Assembly (NCBI GenBank): GCA_965226045.1
Contig: CBDDBU010000028.1
Location: 193,387 to 257,386, forward strand
Direction: 5' to 3'
Length of the DNA stretch: 64,000 bases
DNA from: Alphaproteobacteria bacterium
Lineage (GTDB): Bacteria; Pseudomonadota; Alphaproteobacteria; VGEJ01
Part shown: in pieces, positions 37,853-46,819 of the stretch
How the letters are laid out: each line of letters begins with the position of its first letter
Position numbering within the stretch: the first letter of the stretch is position 1
Made by a program: the position numbers and the translations under genes
The notes under the pieces: generated by a model
What the model saw: the letters and a program-made list of their open reading frames with translations, nothing else
Databases searched by the model: none
Told to the model about the DNA's origin: nothing

Positions 37853-38611
37853 TTACCAGCCGCCAGTTACGTCGAGAAGGGCGCGGCTGACGTACGACGC
37901 GTCGTCGCTGCATAACCAGACGATGGTTTTGGCGACTTCTTCAGGGCTGCCCGCGCGTCGCAGCGGTACGTTGGGCGCGAAATCGATGCGGCGGTTGGGC
38001 TCGCCGTATTCGGCATGGATGTCGGTGTCGATCAGGCCTGGATTGACGGCATTGACGCGAATGCCCTCGGGGCCGACTTCCTCGGCGAGGCCAATGGTGA
38101 AGGTATCGAGGGCGCCCTTGGAGGCGGAGTAGGGGATCAGATTCCCAGCGCCGCCGAAGCGTGAGGCGATGGATGAGACGTTGACGATCGAGCCGCCGTC
38201 GCCGCCGTGGGCGGTGGACATGCGGCGGATAGCTTCGCGTGCGCACAGGAAACAGCCGGTGATGTTGACGGCGAAAAGGTTCGTCAGCATTGCCTCGGTC
38301 GCCTCGTCGACACGGCCGGGCTTGCCGATGATGCCGCCGTTGTTGACGAGCGCGGTGATCGGCCCGAGTTCTTTATCTATGGCCTCGAAAATACGGAGGA
38401 CATCGGCCGCCGTGCCAACGCTTCCCTGGACGACGATGGCCCTGCCACCGGCGTCGGTGATGGCGGCCAGAACCTGCTCGGCCTTTTCCTGGCTGCGGTT
38501 GTAGTTGACGCAGACCGCGTAGCCTTGGCGGCCGGCCTCGATCGCGGTCGCGGCGCCTATGCCGCGGCTGGCACCGGTGACCAACATGACGCCACTCATC
38601 GGCTTGCTCAT
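37853..38611 (-). CDS. SDR family NAD(P)-dependent oxidoreductase
   Basis: TGASRGIG, NNGG, S..YSASK catalytic motifs. Confidence 0.85.
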   Translation of the reverse strand: MSKPMSGVMLVTGASRGIGAATAIEAGRQGYAVCVNYNRSQEKAEQVLAAITDAGGRAIVVQGSVGTAADVLRIFEAIDKELGPITALVNNGGIIGKPGRVDEATEAMLTNLFAVNITGCFLCAREAIRRMSTAHGGDGGSIVNVSSIASRFGGAGNLIPYSASKGALDTFTIGLAEEVGPEGIRVNAVNPGLIDTDIHAEYGEPNRRIDFAPNVPLRRAGSPEEVAKTIVWLCSDDASYVSRALLDVTGGW

Positions 38612-38702
38612 GGTCGTGGGATGGGGAGGCGAGTGGACCACTGGGCCAGAATGAGGTCAAGACGATGCGGCGCGGGCTTGACTTGAGGCCTCTCCGGCTT
38701 TA

Positions 38703-38717
38703 GAACAAATAAAGAAC
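38703..38717 (+). promoter_or_regulatory. Alphaproteobacterial LexA (SOS) box GAAC-N7-GAAC upstream of imuA
   Basis: gaacaaataaagaac 23 nt upstream of imuA ATG, overlapping AT-rich promoter-like region (tataat at 38720-38725). Confidence 0.7.
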
Positions 38718-38739
38718 ATATAATATTCAGGACGGAATC

Positions 38740-39537
38740 ATGCCGCCGTTCGTTTCCGCCGCGCGACCGTCTATTCGCCTTCGATCCTCGTCGCTTGCCG
38801 ACCTGCGACGCCGGATTGGGGCCATTGAGCGGCCAGTATTCACCGCCGCCGCCACGGCTCGAACTTTGCCGGTGGGGATCGAGGCCATCGATGCGCGCCT
38901 CCCTGGCGGCGGTCTGCCACTTGGCTGTCTGCACGAAATTATCGGTCGGGATGCCGGCGCTGGCGCCGGCTTCTGCGCGGCTTTGCTGGGGAAACTGGTC
39001 GCTTGCCGTGGTGGGGTCGTCCTCTGGTGTGTGCATCTCGCCAGCGTTCACGAAGCGGGCGGCCTGTATGCACCAGGCTTGGCCGCCGGCGGTCTAAATC
39101 CCGAGCGGCTGATCGTGGTGCGGGCGGCCAAGGCGATAGACGTTTTGTGGGCGATGGAGGAAGGCTTGCGCGGTGATCGGCTCGCCGCAGTGCTGGGTGA
39201 GGTGCGCAAGATCGATCTGAGGGCGAGCAGGCGTCTTCAACTTGCCGCCGAGGCGAGCGGAACGAGCGCCTTCCTATTACGGCCATCGAGTGCCGAAGAA
39301 GGCTCGCCGCCAACGGCCTCCGTCACCCGTTGGCGCTTGGCCGCCGCGCCCGCGCCGGTCGGGCCGTTCTCGCCCTTCGACAGAACGCGCTGGCGTGCCG
39401 AACTCCTGCGCTGTCGCGGCGGCAGACCGGGAGGGGCATGGGTATTGGAGTGGGACCATGAGACGGGCGATCTCGGTTTGGCTGCCGACCTTCGCGACCG
39501 ACCGGTTGTGCCGTCAGACGCCCTCATGGCGATCTGA
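38740..39537 (+). CDS. imuA: ImuA (RecA/SulA-like SOS mutagenesis protein)
   Basis: IEAIDARLPGGGLPLGCLHEI, LWAMEEGLR, ASRRLQLAAEASGTSAFLLRP match ImuA family; first gene of imuA-imuB-dnaE2. Confidence 0.8.
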   Translation: MPPFVSAARPSIRLRSSSLADLRRRIGAIERPVFTAAATARTLPVGIEAIDARLPGGGLPLGCLHEIIGRDAGAGAGFCAALLGKLVACRGGVVLWCVHLASVHEAGGLYAPGLAAGGLNPERLIVVRAAKAIDVLWAMEEGLRGDRLAAVLGEVRKIDLRASRRLQLAAEASGTSAFLLRPSSAEEGSPPTASVTRWRLAAAPAPVGPFSPFDRTRWRAELLRCRGGRPGGAWVLEWDHETGDLGLAADLRDRPVVPSDALMAI

Positions 39538-40999
39538 ACCGCTGGCGACCGCGACCGCGGCGCAGAGCGGCCTGCGGATCATGGCCGCCAACCATGCGGC
39601 GCGGGATGGGGGCATCCTCCCCGGTCTGTTGCACGCCGATGCCCGCGCGCTGATCCCCGATTTGCGGGTCATCGATGCCGACCCGGTTGCCGATGCGAAA
39701 GCGTTGGCCCTGCTCGCCGATTGGTGCGGCCGCTACACGCCCTGGACCGCCGTCGATGGCGTTGATGGCTTGTGGCTCGATATCGCGGGCTGTGCGCATC
39801 TCTTTGACGGCGAGGCCGCGCTTGCCGATGACATCGAGGAGCGCCTGAGGGGGCTCGGTTTCGCGGCCCGCGTCGGTCTCGCCGACAGTCCCGGCGGCGC
39901 TTGGGCGGCGGCCCGATTCCTCGCCGATGAAAAAAAGTTGATCGCCGTCGGCGGCGTGCGCCTTGCTCTGGCCGGTTTGCCGTCGGCGGCATTGCGATTG
40001 CCAATCGACATCGTTGAAGGCTTGGACCGCATGGGCCTGGGCCGAATCGATGATCTTCTCGCGTGCCCACGAGCACCGTTAATCGCCCGTTTTGGCCCCC
40101 TCCTGGGCGAGCGGATCGACCGAGCCCTCGATCGCGTCACGGAGCCGATCTCGCCGCGCCGGCCGGCGCCATGCTGGCGTATCCGCCTCGGCTTTCCGGA
40201 ACCCTTGTGTCGAGAGAGCGACATTGCCGCCGCGACGCGCCGGCTGATCGACCGGTTGTGCACGCGGCTTGCTCTCGATCAGCGCGGTGTGCGGCGCCTC
40301 GAACTCGTGCTGTATCTGGTCGACGGCAAGACCCACGGAGTCGCCGTCGGCACCAGCCAGCCAGAGCGCGATCCCAAGCACCTAATGAGATTGCTGAGTG
40401 AGCATCTTGAGGGCTTCGATCCCGGCTTCGGGGTCGAGGTAGCGGTTTTGGCGGCGCCCCTGACCGAACCGCTGGGCGCAGCGCAACTGACCATGGCTGT
40501 CACGCTCGAGGGCCAGGGCCAGCCCGCCGATGACGCGGCGCTGGCAGCGGCGATCGGCCGCTTGGTCGACAGCTTGAGCAACCGGCTGGGCGCGGGCAAT
40601 GTCAGCTGCTTCGCGGCCAGGGAAAGCCACGTCCCGGAGCGGGCGGTATATTTGCGCCCGCCCCTGGAGACATCGCTGGATACCGGTGCGATCGGCCAGG
40701 CCAACCCGCAAAGGCCGCTGCGGTTATTCCCACACCCCGAACCGGTCGAGGCGGTCGCCTTGGTGCCCGACGACCCGCCGGTGCTGTTTCGCTGGCGCCG
40801 ACGGGCGCATCGAATCGTCCATGCCGACGGACCGGAACGGATCTCCCCGGAATGGTGGCGACACGAGAAACGTGGCGTCGCGCCGCGCGATTACTACCGT
40901 GTCGAGGACAGCGAAGGCCGGCGGTTCTGGCTCTATCGAGAGGGGCTCTACCGGCCCGAGGCCCGGCCGCGTTGGTTCCTACATGGCCTCTTCGCGTAA
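39458..40999 (+). CDS. imuB: ImuB (Y-family DNA polymerase-like, catalytically inactive type)
   Basis: MRRAISVWLPTFATDRL N-terminus typical of ImuB; overlaps imuA 3' end; ~513 aa. Confidence 0.8.
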   Translation: MRRAISVWLPTFATDRLCRQTPSWRSEPLATATAAQSGLRIMAANHAARDGGILPGLLHADARALIPDLRVIDADPVADAKALALLADWCGRYTPWTAVDGVDGLWLDIAGCAHLFDGEAALADDIEERLRGLGFAARVGLADSPGGAWAAARFLADEKKLIAVGGVRLALAGLPSAALRLPIDIVEGLDRMGLGRIDDLLACPRAPLIARFGPLLGERIDRALDRVTEPISPRRPAPCWRIRLGFPEPLCRESDIAAATRRLIDRLCTRLALDQRGVRRLELVLYLVDGKTHGVAVGTSQPERDPKHLMRLLSEHLEGFDPGFGVEVAVLAAPLTEPLGAAQLTMAVTLEGQGQPADDAALAAAIGRLVDSLSNRLGAGNVSCFAARESHVPERAVYLRPPLETSLDTGAIGQANPQRPLRLFPHPEPVEAVALVPDDPPVLFRWRRRAHRIVHADGPERISPEWWRHEKRGVAPRDYYRVEDSEGRRFWLYREGLYRPEARPRWFLHGLFA

Positions 41000-41018
41000 G
41001 AATCTCATGGGAGGAGTC

Positions 41019-41252
41019 ATGGCTGACCTTACGATCCACAACATCGATGCAAGCGTCGTCGCGGGCCTTAAGGCCCGCGCGCGCGCCAACAATCGTTCGC
41101 TTGAAAGCGAAATTCGCGAAATCCTCGCCGCCGCCGTGGACCCCGTACGCGCCCTTGATCTACGTGCGCTTGCCGAACGGATCGCCGCGATGACGCCCGA
41201 GGTGGATCAGACCGACAGCACCGGACTGTTGCGCGACGACCGGCGACGATGA
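41019..41252 (+). CDS. Ribbon-helix-helix protein, FitA/VapB/StbC antitoxin-like, orphan (no adjacent PIN toxin)
   Basis: 77 aa, MADLTIHNIDASVVAGLKARARANNRSLESEIREILAAAV; gggaggag RBS 8 nt upstream; stop overlaps dnaE2 ATG. Confidence 0.65.
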   Translation: MADLTIHNIDASVVAGLKARARANNRSLESEIREILAAAVDPVRALDLRALAERIAAMTPEVDQTDSTGLLRDDRRR

Positions 41253-44200
41253 CCGCCCATATGCCCCGATACGCCGAGTTGCAGGTCACCAGCAATTTCA
41301 GCTTTCTGCGCGGCGCCTCGCACCCTCAGGAGCTTGTCGCCACGGCCGCCGCGCTGGGCCATGACGCCGTCGCGATCGCGGACCGCAACTCGCTCGCCGG
41401 CGTGGTGCGCGCTCATGTGGCGGCCAAGGCGACCGGTATCAAGCTGGTTGTGGGGACACGGCTCGATCTTGCTGAAGGGCCAAGCTTTCTCTGCTTTCCC
41501 ACCGACCGCGCCGCCTATGGCCGGCTGACCCGCTTGCTCACGCTCGGCATGCGCCGGGCGCCCAAGGGGGAATGCTTCATCGGCCGCGACGATGTCGTCG
41601 CCCACGCGGACGGGCAAATCCTGGTGGCGCTCCCGCCACCGCGAACCGACGAGGCTTTCGCCGAGGAGCTCGGTAGCTGGCGTCAGGCGCTGTCCGGGCC
41701 GCTGTTCCTCGCGGCCCATCATCTTTATCGCGGTGATGATCGCAGCCGCATCGCCCGGCTCGCGGACGTGGCGAAGCGCTGTGCGACACCGCTGGTCGCG
41801 ACCAACGACGTCCATGCCCATGTCGCGGCCCGCCGGCCGCTCCAGGATGTGCTCACCTGTATCCGTGAGCGCTGCACGATCGAGGAGGCCGGCTACCGCC
41901 TGTTCACCAACGCCGAGCGCCACCTCAAGCCGGCTGACGAGATGGCGCGTTTGTTCCGGGGCTGGGAAGACGCGGTGGCGCGCACGGTGGCGATCGCCGA
42001 GGCCTGTCGCTTCAGTCTGGATGAATTGCGCTACGAATATCCAGAGGAGGTCGGCGAGGGGCGTTCGGCGCAGGAGGAACTGGAGCGACGGACCTGGGAG
42101 GGCGCCGCCGGTCGCTATCCGGAGGGCGTTCCCGACAGCGTGCGTGAGCTGTTGCGGCATGAACTCGGGCTGATCGACAGTCTCGCCTATGCGCCCTACT
42201 TCCTCACGGTCGATGACATCGTTCGCTTCGCCCGAAGCCAGGATATTTTGTGCCAGGGTCGCGGGTCAGCCGCCAACTCCGCGGTCTGCTATTGCCTCGG
42301 GGTGACCGCCGTCGATCCTGGCCGGATTGGCCTTTTGTTCGAGCGCTTCGTCAGCGCCGAGCGCAAGGAGCCGCCCGACATCGATGTCGATTTCGAGCAT
42401 GAGCGGCGCGAGGAGGTCATTCAACACATCTACGAGAAGTACGGCCGCCATCGCGCCGGGCTTACGGCGACGCTCATCACCTACCGTTCGCGCAGCGCCA
42501 TCCGCGAGGTGGTCAAGGCGTTGGGGCTCTCGCCCGACACGGCGACGGCGTTGAATGGGACGATGTGGGGCTCGAATCGAACCGGCATCGACGAGGCCAA
42601 GGTGCGCGAGGCCGGGCTTGATCCCGCCGATCGCACACTGCGGCTCGCGCTCGTACTGGCCCGCGAGCTGATCGGCTTTCCCCGCCATCTTTCACAGCAT
42701 GTCGGCGGCTTCGTCATCACCCGAGGCCCGCTCTGCGAGATGGTGCCGATCGCGAACGCGGCCATGGACGACCGCACCGTTATCGAATGGGACAAGGACG
42801 ATATCGACGCGCTCGGTATCCTCAAGGTTGACTGCCTCGGACTGGGCATGTTGACCTGTATCCGCAAGGCGCTGTCGTTGCTCGTCGAACATCATGATCG
42901 GGAGCTCGCGTTTTCCGATGTCCCGGCCGAGGATCCAGCGGTCTATGACATGCTGTGCCGGGCCGATTCAATCGGCGTGTTTCAGGTTGAGAGTCGCGCC
43001 CAGATGAGCATGTTGCGGCGCCTGAAGCCGCGCAACTTCTACGACCTGGTGATCGAGGTGGCGATTGTTCGGCCCGGCCCGATCCAGGGCGACATGGTGC
43101 ACCCTTATTTGCGCCGCCGTCGTGGCGAGGAGATGGTTTCCTATCCCTCCGAGGAACTGCGTGAGGTTCTCGGCAAGACCTTGGGCGTGCCGTTGTTTCA
43201 AGAGCAGGCGATGCGAATCGCCATCGTCGCCGCCGGTTTCACGCCCGCAGAGGCCGATTCCTTGCGCCGGGCGATGGCCACGTTCCGCCGCAACGGTCAG
43301 ATCCACATGCTCAAGGAGAAGCTGATCGAGGGGATGGTGGAGCGGAACTATGAGCGCGAGTTCGCCGAGCGCTGCTATCGCCAGATCGAGGGTTTCGGCG
43401 ATTACGGCTTTCCCGAATCACATGCGGCGAGTTTCTCGCTGTTGGTCTATGTCTCGTCCTGGCTCAAATGCCACTACCCGGGCGCATTCGCGTGCGCGCT
43501 TCTTAACAGCCAGCCGATGGGCTTCTACGCGCCGGCGCAGATCGTGCGCGATGCGCGCGAACACGGTGTCGAGGTGCGCCCGGTCGACGTCAACCACAGT
43601 TTCTGGAATTGCACATTGGAGCCGGGCGATGGTGAGAAGCCCGGCGGCGTGGCTCTCAGGCTCGGTTTTCGCCAGATCAAAGGGTTCGCCGAGGACACTG
43701 CGGAGCAACTGACGGCACGCCGTGGTCGCGGCTATCGCGAGGTCTACGAACTGTGGCGGCGCGGTGACCTTGGCCCCGCCATACTCGAACGCCTCGCCCA
43801 GGCCGATGCGTTCACCTCCATAGGCCTCTCCCGTCGCCAGGCGCTATGGGCGGTGCGGGGGCTTGGCCAAATGCCGGGCCTTGGACTATTGCCGCTGTTC
43901 GCGACCTCGGCCAAAGGCGCTGACGAGACGGCGTCACCGCACGAGATCGGGCCAGAGCCGGAGGTCGAGCTGCCCGCCATGACCCTGGGCGAGGAAGTGA
44001 TCAATGACTACAGCTCGCTCAAGCTGACCCTGAAGACGCACCCGCTCGCGCTTCTGCGGCCGATGCTCGCGGCCAAGCGATTCGTGCCCAATCGGACGCT
44101 TGAACGAACCCCGGCGGGGCGGTGGGTTCGGGTTGCCGGTCTCGTGGTCTGCCGCCAGCGGCCCGGGACGGCGAGCGGCGTCATCTTCATGACCATCGAG

Positions 44201-44500
44201 GATGAGAGCGCCATCGCCAACATCATCGTCTGGCCGTGCGTCTTTGAGCGCTTTCGCAAGGTCGTTTTGCGCGGCCGCTTGATCGGGGTCGTCGGCAAGG
44301 TCGAGCGTGAGGGCGCCGTCATCCATGTTATCGCCGACCGGCTGTTCGACTATTCCGACCGACTTGCCCAGCTCGTTCATCTTGAAGCCGTTCACGAGCA
44401 GCTTCCTCAATCGCTTGCCTGGGCCGACGGGGCCCGTGGCGATCGTGGCGACGATCGGCGCATCAGCCCCGCGGACTTTCCCTCGCGCGACTTTCACTGA
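41249..44500 (+). CDS. dnaE2: Error-prone DNA polymerase III alpha subunit DnaE2
   Basis: 1083 aa; PHP domain N-term (YAELQVTSNFSFLRGAS), pol III alpha core, OB fold; downstream of imuAB. Alternative start Met5 at 41261. Confidence 0.9.
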   Translation: MTAHMPRYAELQVTSNFSFLRGASHPQELVATAAALGHDAVAIADRNSLAGVVRAHVAAKATGIKLVVGTRLDLAEGPSFLCFPTDRAAYGRLTRLLTLGMRRAPKGECFIGRDDVVAHADGQILVALPPPRTDEAFAEELGSWRQALSGPLFLAAHHLYRGDDRSRIARLADVAKRCATPLVATNDVHAHVAARRPLQDVLTCIRERCTIEEAGYRLFTNAERHLKPADEMARLFRGWEDAVARTVAIAEACRFSLDELRYEYPEEVGEGRSAQEELERRTWEGAAGRYPEGVPDSVRELLRHELGLIDSLAYAPYFLTVDDIVRFARSQDILCQGRGSAANSAVCYCLGVTAVDPGRIGLLFERFVSAERKEPPDIDVDFEHERREEVIQHIYEKYGRHRAGLTATLITYRSRSAIREVVKALGLSPDTATALNGTMWGSNRTGIDEAKVREAGLDPADRTLRLALVLARELIGFPRHLSQHVGGFVITRGPLCEMVPIANAAMDDRTVIEWDKDDIDALGILKVDCLGLGMLTCIRKALSLLVEHHDRELAFSDVPAEDPAVYDMLCRADSIGVFQVESRAQMSMLRRLKPRNFYDLVIEVAIVRPGPIQGDMVHPYLRRRRGEEMVSYPSEELREVLGKTLGVPLFQEQAMRIAIVAAGFTPAEADSLRRAMATFRRNGQIHMLKEKLIEGMVERNYEREFAERCYRQIEGFGDYGFPESHAASFSLLVYVSSWLKCHYPGAFACALLNSQPMGFYAPAQIVRDAREHGVEVRPVDVNHSFWNCTLEPGDGEKPGGVALRLGFRQIKGFAEDTAEQLTARRGRGYREVYELWRRGDLGPAILERLAQADAFTSIGLSRRQALWAVRGLGQMPGLGLLPLFATSAKGADETASPHEIGPEPEVELPAMTLGEEVINDYSSLKLTLKTHPLALLRPMLAAKRFVPNRTLERTPAGRWVRVAGLVVCRQRPGTASGVIFMTIEDESAIANIIVWPCVFERFRKVVLRGRLIGVVGKVEREGAVIHVIADRLFDYSDRLAQLVHLEAVHEQLPQSLAWADGARGDRGDDRRISPADFPSRDFH

Positions 44501-44593
44501 GGCGACCCGTGAGCCGCCTCGCACGCGCGTTCCGTGCCGCCGCCAGGTCGGCTATCCTCACGCGCGCGCGTTTCGCGAAAATGGGGGCGATAA

Positions 44594-45748
44594 ATGAAGA
44601 TCGCGGACATCCAGACGACCGTAGTTACCGTTCCGACCATCTTTCCCTACGGGTTTTCCCAAGGGTGGTCGGACGGCTTCACGCGGACGATCGTCGAACT
44701 CGAAACGGACGACGGGCTGATCGGCCTCGGCGAGGCACCCTACGCCAAGGCGGCGGCCACGATCACAGGCAAGTTCCTGCCGCGGATTCGCGGCCTCCGG
44801 GTCGAGGAGATCGAGACCGCGCGGCAACGCTGCGTCAAGGACCATAACGATTTCGGTGGCCTGAAGGACAACTCCGAGGAGACGGCGTTCGCGGCCATCG
44901 AAATGGCGCTCTGGGACATCGCGGGCAAGCGCGCGGGCCTCCCCGCCTACCGCATGCTCGGTGGCGCGGCGCGCGAGGCCGCGCCGTTCGTCGCCTATGG
45001 CTCGACGATCGTGCTGGAGCGCGGCAATCATACCGAGAAGGACATTCCGGGCCTCATGGCCGACTACGCGAAGGACGCCGTCGCCCGCAGCGGCGCCTGG
45101 CTCTACGAATTCAAGATCGCGCGCTATTCAGTCGATTGCGACATCGAGAGCACCCGCGCCATCCGCGCGGCGTTGGGCCCCGAGATGGAAATCGCCGTCG
45201 ACATGAACATGGCCTACTCGATCGACCGGTGTCGCCGCTACCTCGATGCCACACGCGAATGCCGGCTCGCCAATCTCGAGGAACCTGTCACGCGTCTCGC
45301 CGATCTCGAACGGTTGCGGCAGGACTACGGCATCCCTGTTTCGAGCCACTGCACCGATTACGAGATGATCATCCACTACCCGCTGATCGACGGTGTGGTC
45401 GGCGATCTTCATGTCCATGGCGGCATCGCCAAGACCTGTCGCGAGGCGGCGATCGCGGCGGCGCACAACAAGCGTTTCTGGCTACGATCGAGCCTTGAGC
45501 TCGGTATTTCGTGGGCGGCGATGTGCCATTTCGGCGTGGTGTGCCGCGAGGCGGATCGTCCCGCTCAAGCGCTCTTTGATTGGGTCGAGGACGACTGCGT
45601 TCTGGGCGAACCGTGGCACGTCAAGGACGGGGGCGTTCGTCCGCCCGAGGCGCCAGGGCTCGGCGTCGAGCTCGATCGCGACGCGGTCGCGAAGTACCAC
45701 GAGTACTACCGGGAGCATGGCGAGATGGGGTGGTACTCGCATCCCTAA
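44594..45748 (+). CDS. Mandelate racemase/muconate lactonizing enzyme family protein (enolase superfamily)
   Basis: 384 aa; capping domain + TIM barrel with metal ligands (DMNMAYS, NLEEP, ...). Confidence 0.75.
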   Translation: MKIADIQTTVVTVPTIFPYGFSQGWSDGFTRTIVELETDDGLIGLGEAPYAKAAATITGKFLPRIRGLRVEEIETARQRCVKDHNDFGGLKDNSEETAFAAIEMALWDIAGKRAGLPAYRMLGGAAREAAPFVAYGSTIVLERGNHTEKDIPGLMADYAKDAVARSGAWLYEFKIARYSVDCDIESTRAIRAALGPEMEIAVDMNMAYSIDRCRRYLDATRECRLANLEEPVTRLADLERLRQDYGIPVSSHCTDYEMIIHYPLIDGVVGDLHVHGGIAKTCREAAIAAAHNKRFWLRSSLELGISWAAMCHFGVVCREADRPAQALFDWVEDDCVLGEPWHVKDGGVRPPEAPGLGVELDRDAVAKYHEYYREHGEMGWYSHP

Positions 45749-45757
45749 AATCGTCCC

Positions 45758-46339
45758 GTGAGTGCTTCACTTGAGGCGCTGCTCGCCGAAGTCCGGGCGT
45801 GCAGAGTGTGCGAGGCGCATCTGCCGCTCGGCCCGCGCCCGGTGCTGGTGGCCTCGACGTCGGCGCGCATCGTGGTCATCGGGCAGGCGCCGGGAACCAA
45901 GGTTCATCGCACCGGCATTCCCTGGGATGACGCCAGTGGCGATCGGCTACGAACCTGGATGGGCGTCGACCGTGAGACCTTCTACGACGGCGAACGCATC
46001 GCCATCATTCCCCAGGGTCTGTGCTATCCGGGACGCGGCAAGGACGGCGATCTCCCACCGCGCCCTGAATGCGCGCCGCTCTGGCATCTACGGTTATTTT
46101 CCCTGCTTCCCCAGTTGGAGCTGTTCGTGCTGGTTGGCCGCTATGCGCACAAGGCCCAACTTGGCGAGAGGTGCGGCAAGACCCTCCACGCCACGGTCCA
46201 GGACTGGCGCTCCTATCTCCCCCGCCACGCACCGATGCCCCACCCGTCGTGGCACAACAATCGGTGGCTGGGTGAGAACCCGTGGTTCGACGGTGAGGCG
46301 GTGCCGGCGTTTCGTCGCGCCATCCACCAACTCTTGTGA
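45758..46339 (+). CDS. Uracil-DNA glycosylase superfamily protein (family 4/5-like)
   Basis: 193 aa; VIGQAPG motif A and HPS motif B (HPSWHN). Confidence 0.7.
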   Translation: MSASLEALLAEVRACRVCEAHLPLGPRPVLVASTSARIVVIGQAPGTKVHRTGIPWDDASGDRLRTWMGVDRETFYDGERIAIIPQGLCYPGRGKDGDLPPRPECAPLWHLRLFSLLPQLELFVLVGRYAHKAQLGERCGKTLHATVQDWRSYLPRHAPMPHPSWHNNRWLGENPWFDGEAVPAFRRAIHQLL

Positions 46340-46364
46340 GTTGAGGGGGCGATGCTCCGCAATC

Positions 46365-46778
46365 TCAGGGATATGGGTCCTTCTTGACGTTGAAGGTGAC
46401 CGAGATGCGGGGCCGGCGCTCTGTGTGGGGGTGCATGATGTAGAGCAGGTAGCTTGGCCAGATGACCATCAGTCCGGGTTCGGGATGGACGATGTAGCGC
46501 GTGGGAATGGCGGACCGATAAAAGTTCATCGATGCGGCCGTGTTCGGATTGAAGAGAGCGAGGGTGCCGCTATAGGGGTTGGTCTTGTCTTCGCTGCCGG
46601 GATCGACGTAGTAGGCGCCGGACCAGGTCGCGCCCGGATGAACGTGACTGCGGTGGAAATCGCTGTTGTCGTATATGTTGGCCCACATCGCGATAGACCA
46701 GTTGCTGCGCTCGGTGCGGCGGTATGTGGCGTAAATCTGGGTGCTCGCCCGCGTCACCATCGCGGCGGCGCGGTTCAT
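46365..46778 (-). pseudogene. 2OG-Fe(II) oxygenase-like (TIGR02466/2OG-FeII_Oxy_5-like) gene, N-terminus apparently displaced by IS copy B
   Basis: 138-aa C-terminal-type fragment (HVHPGATWSGAYYV...VIWPSYLLYIMHPHT); reading frame stays open upstream straight into the IS terminus at 46820. Confidence 0.45.
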
Positions 46779-46819
46779 CAATTCCTGAGCGTACTTGCCC
46801 CCCCCAGTTCTGGTAGTCC

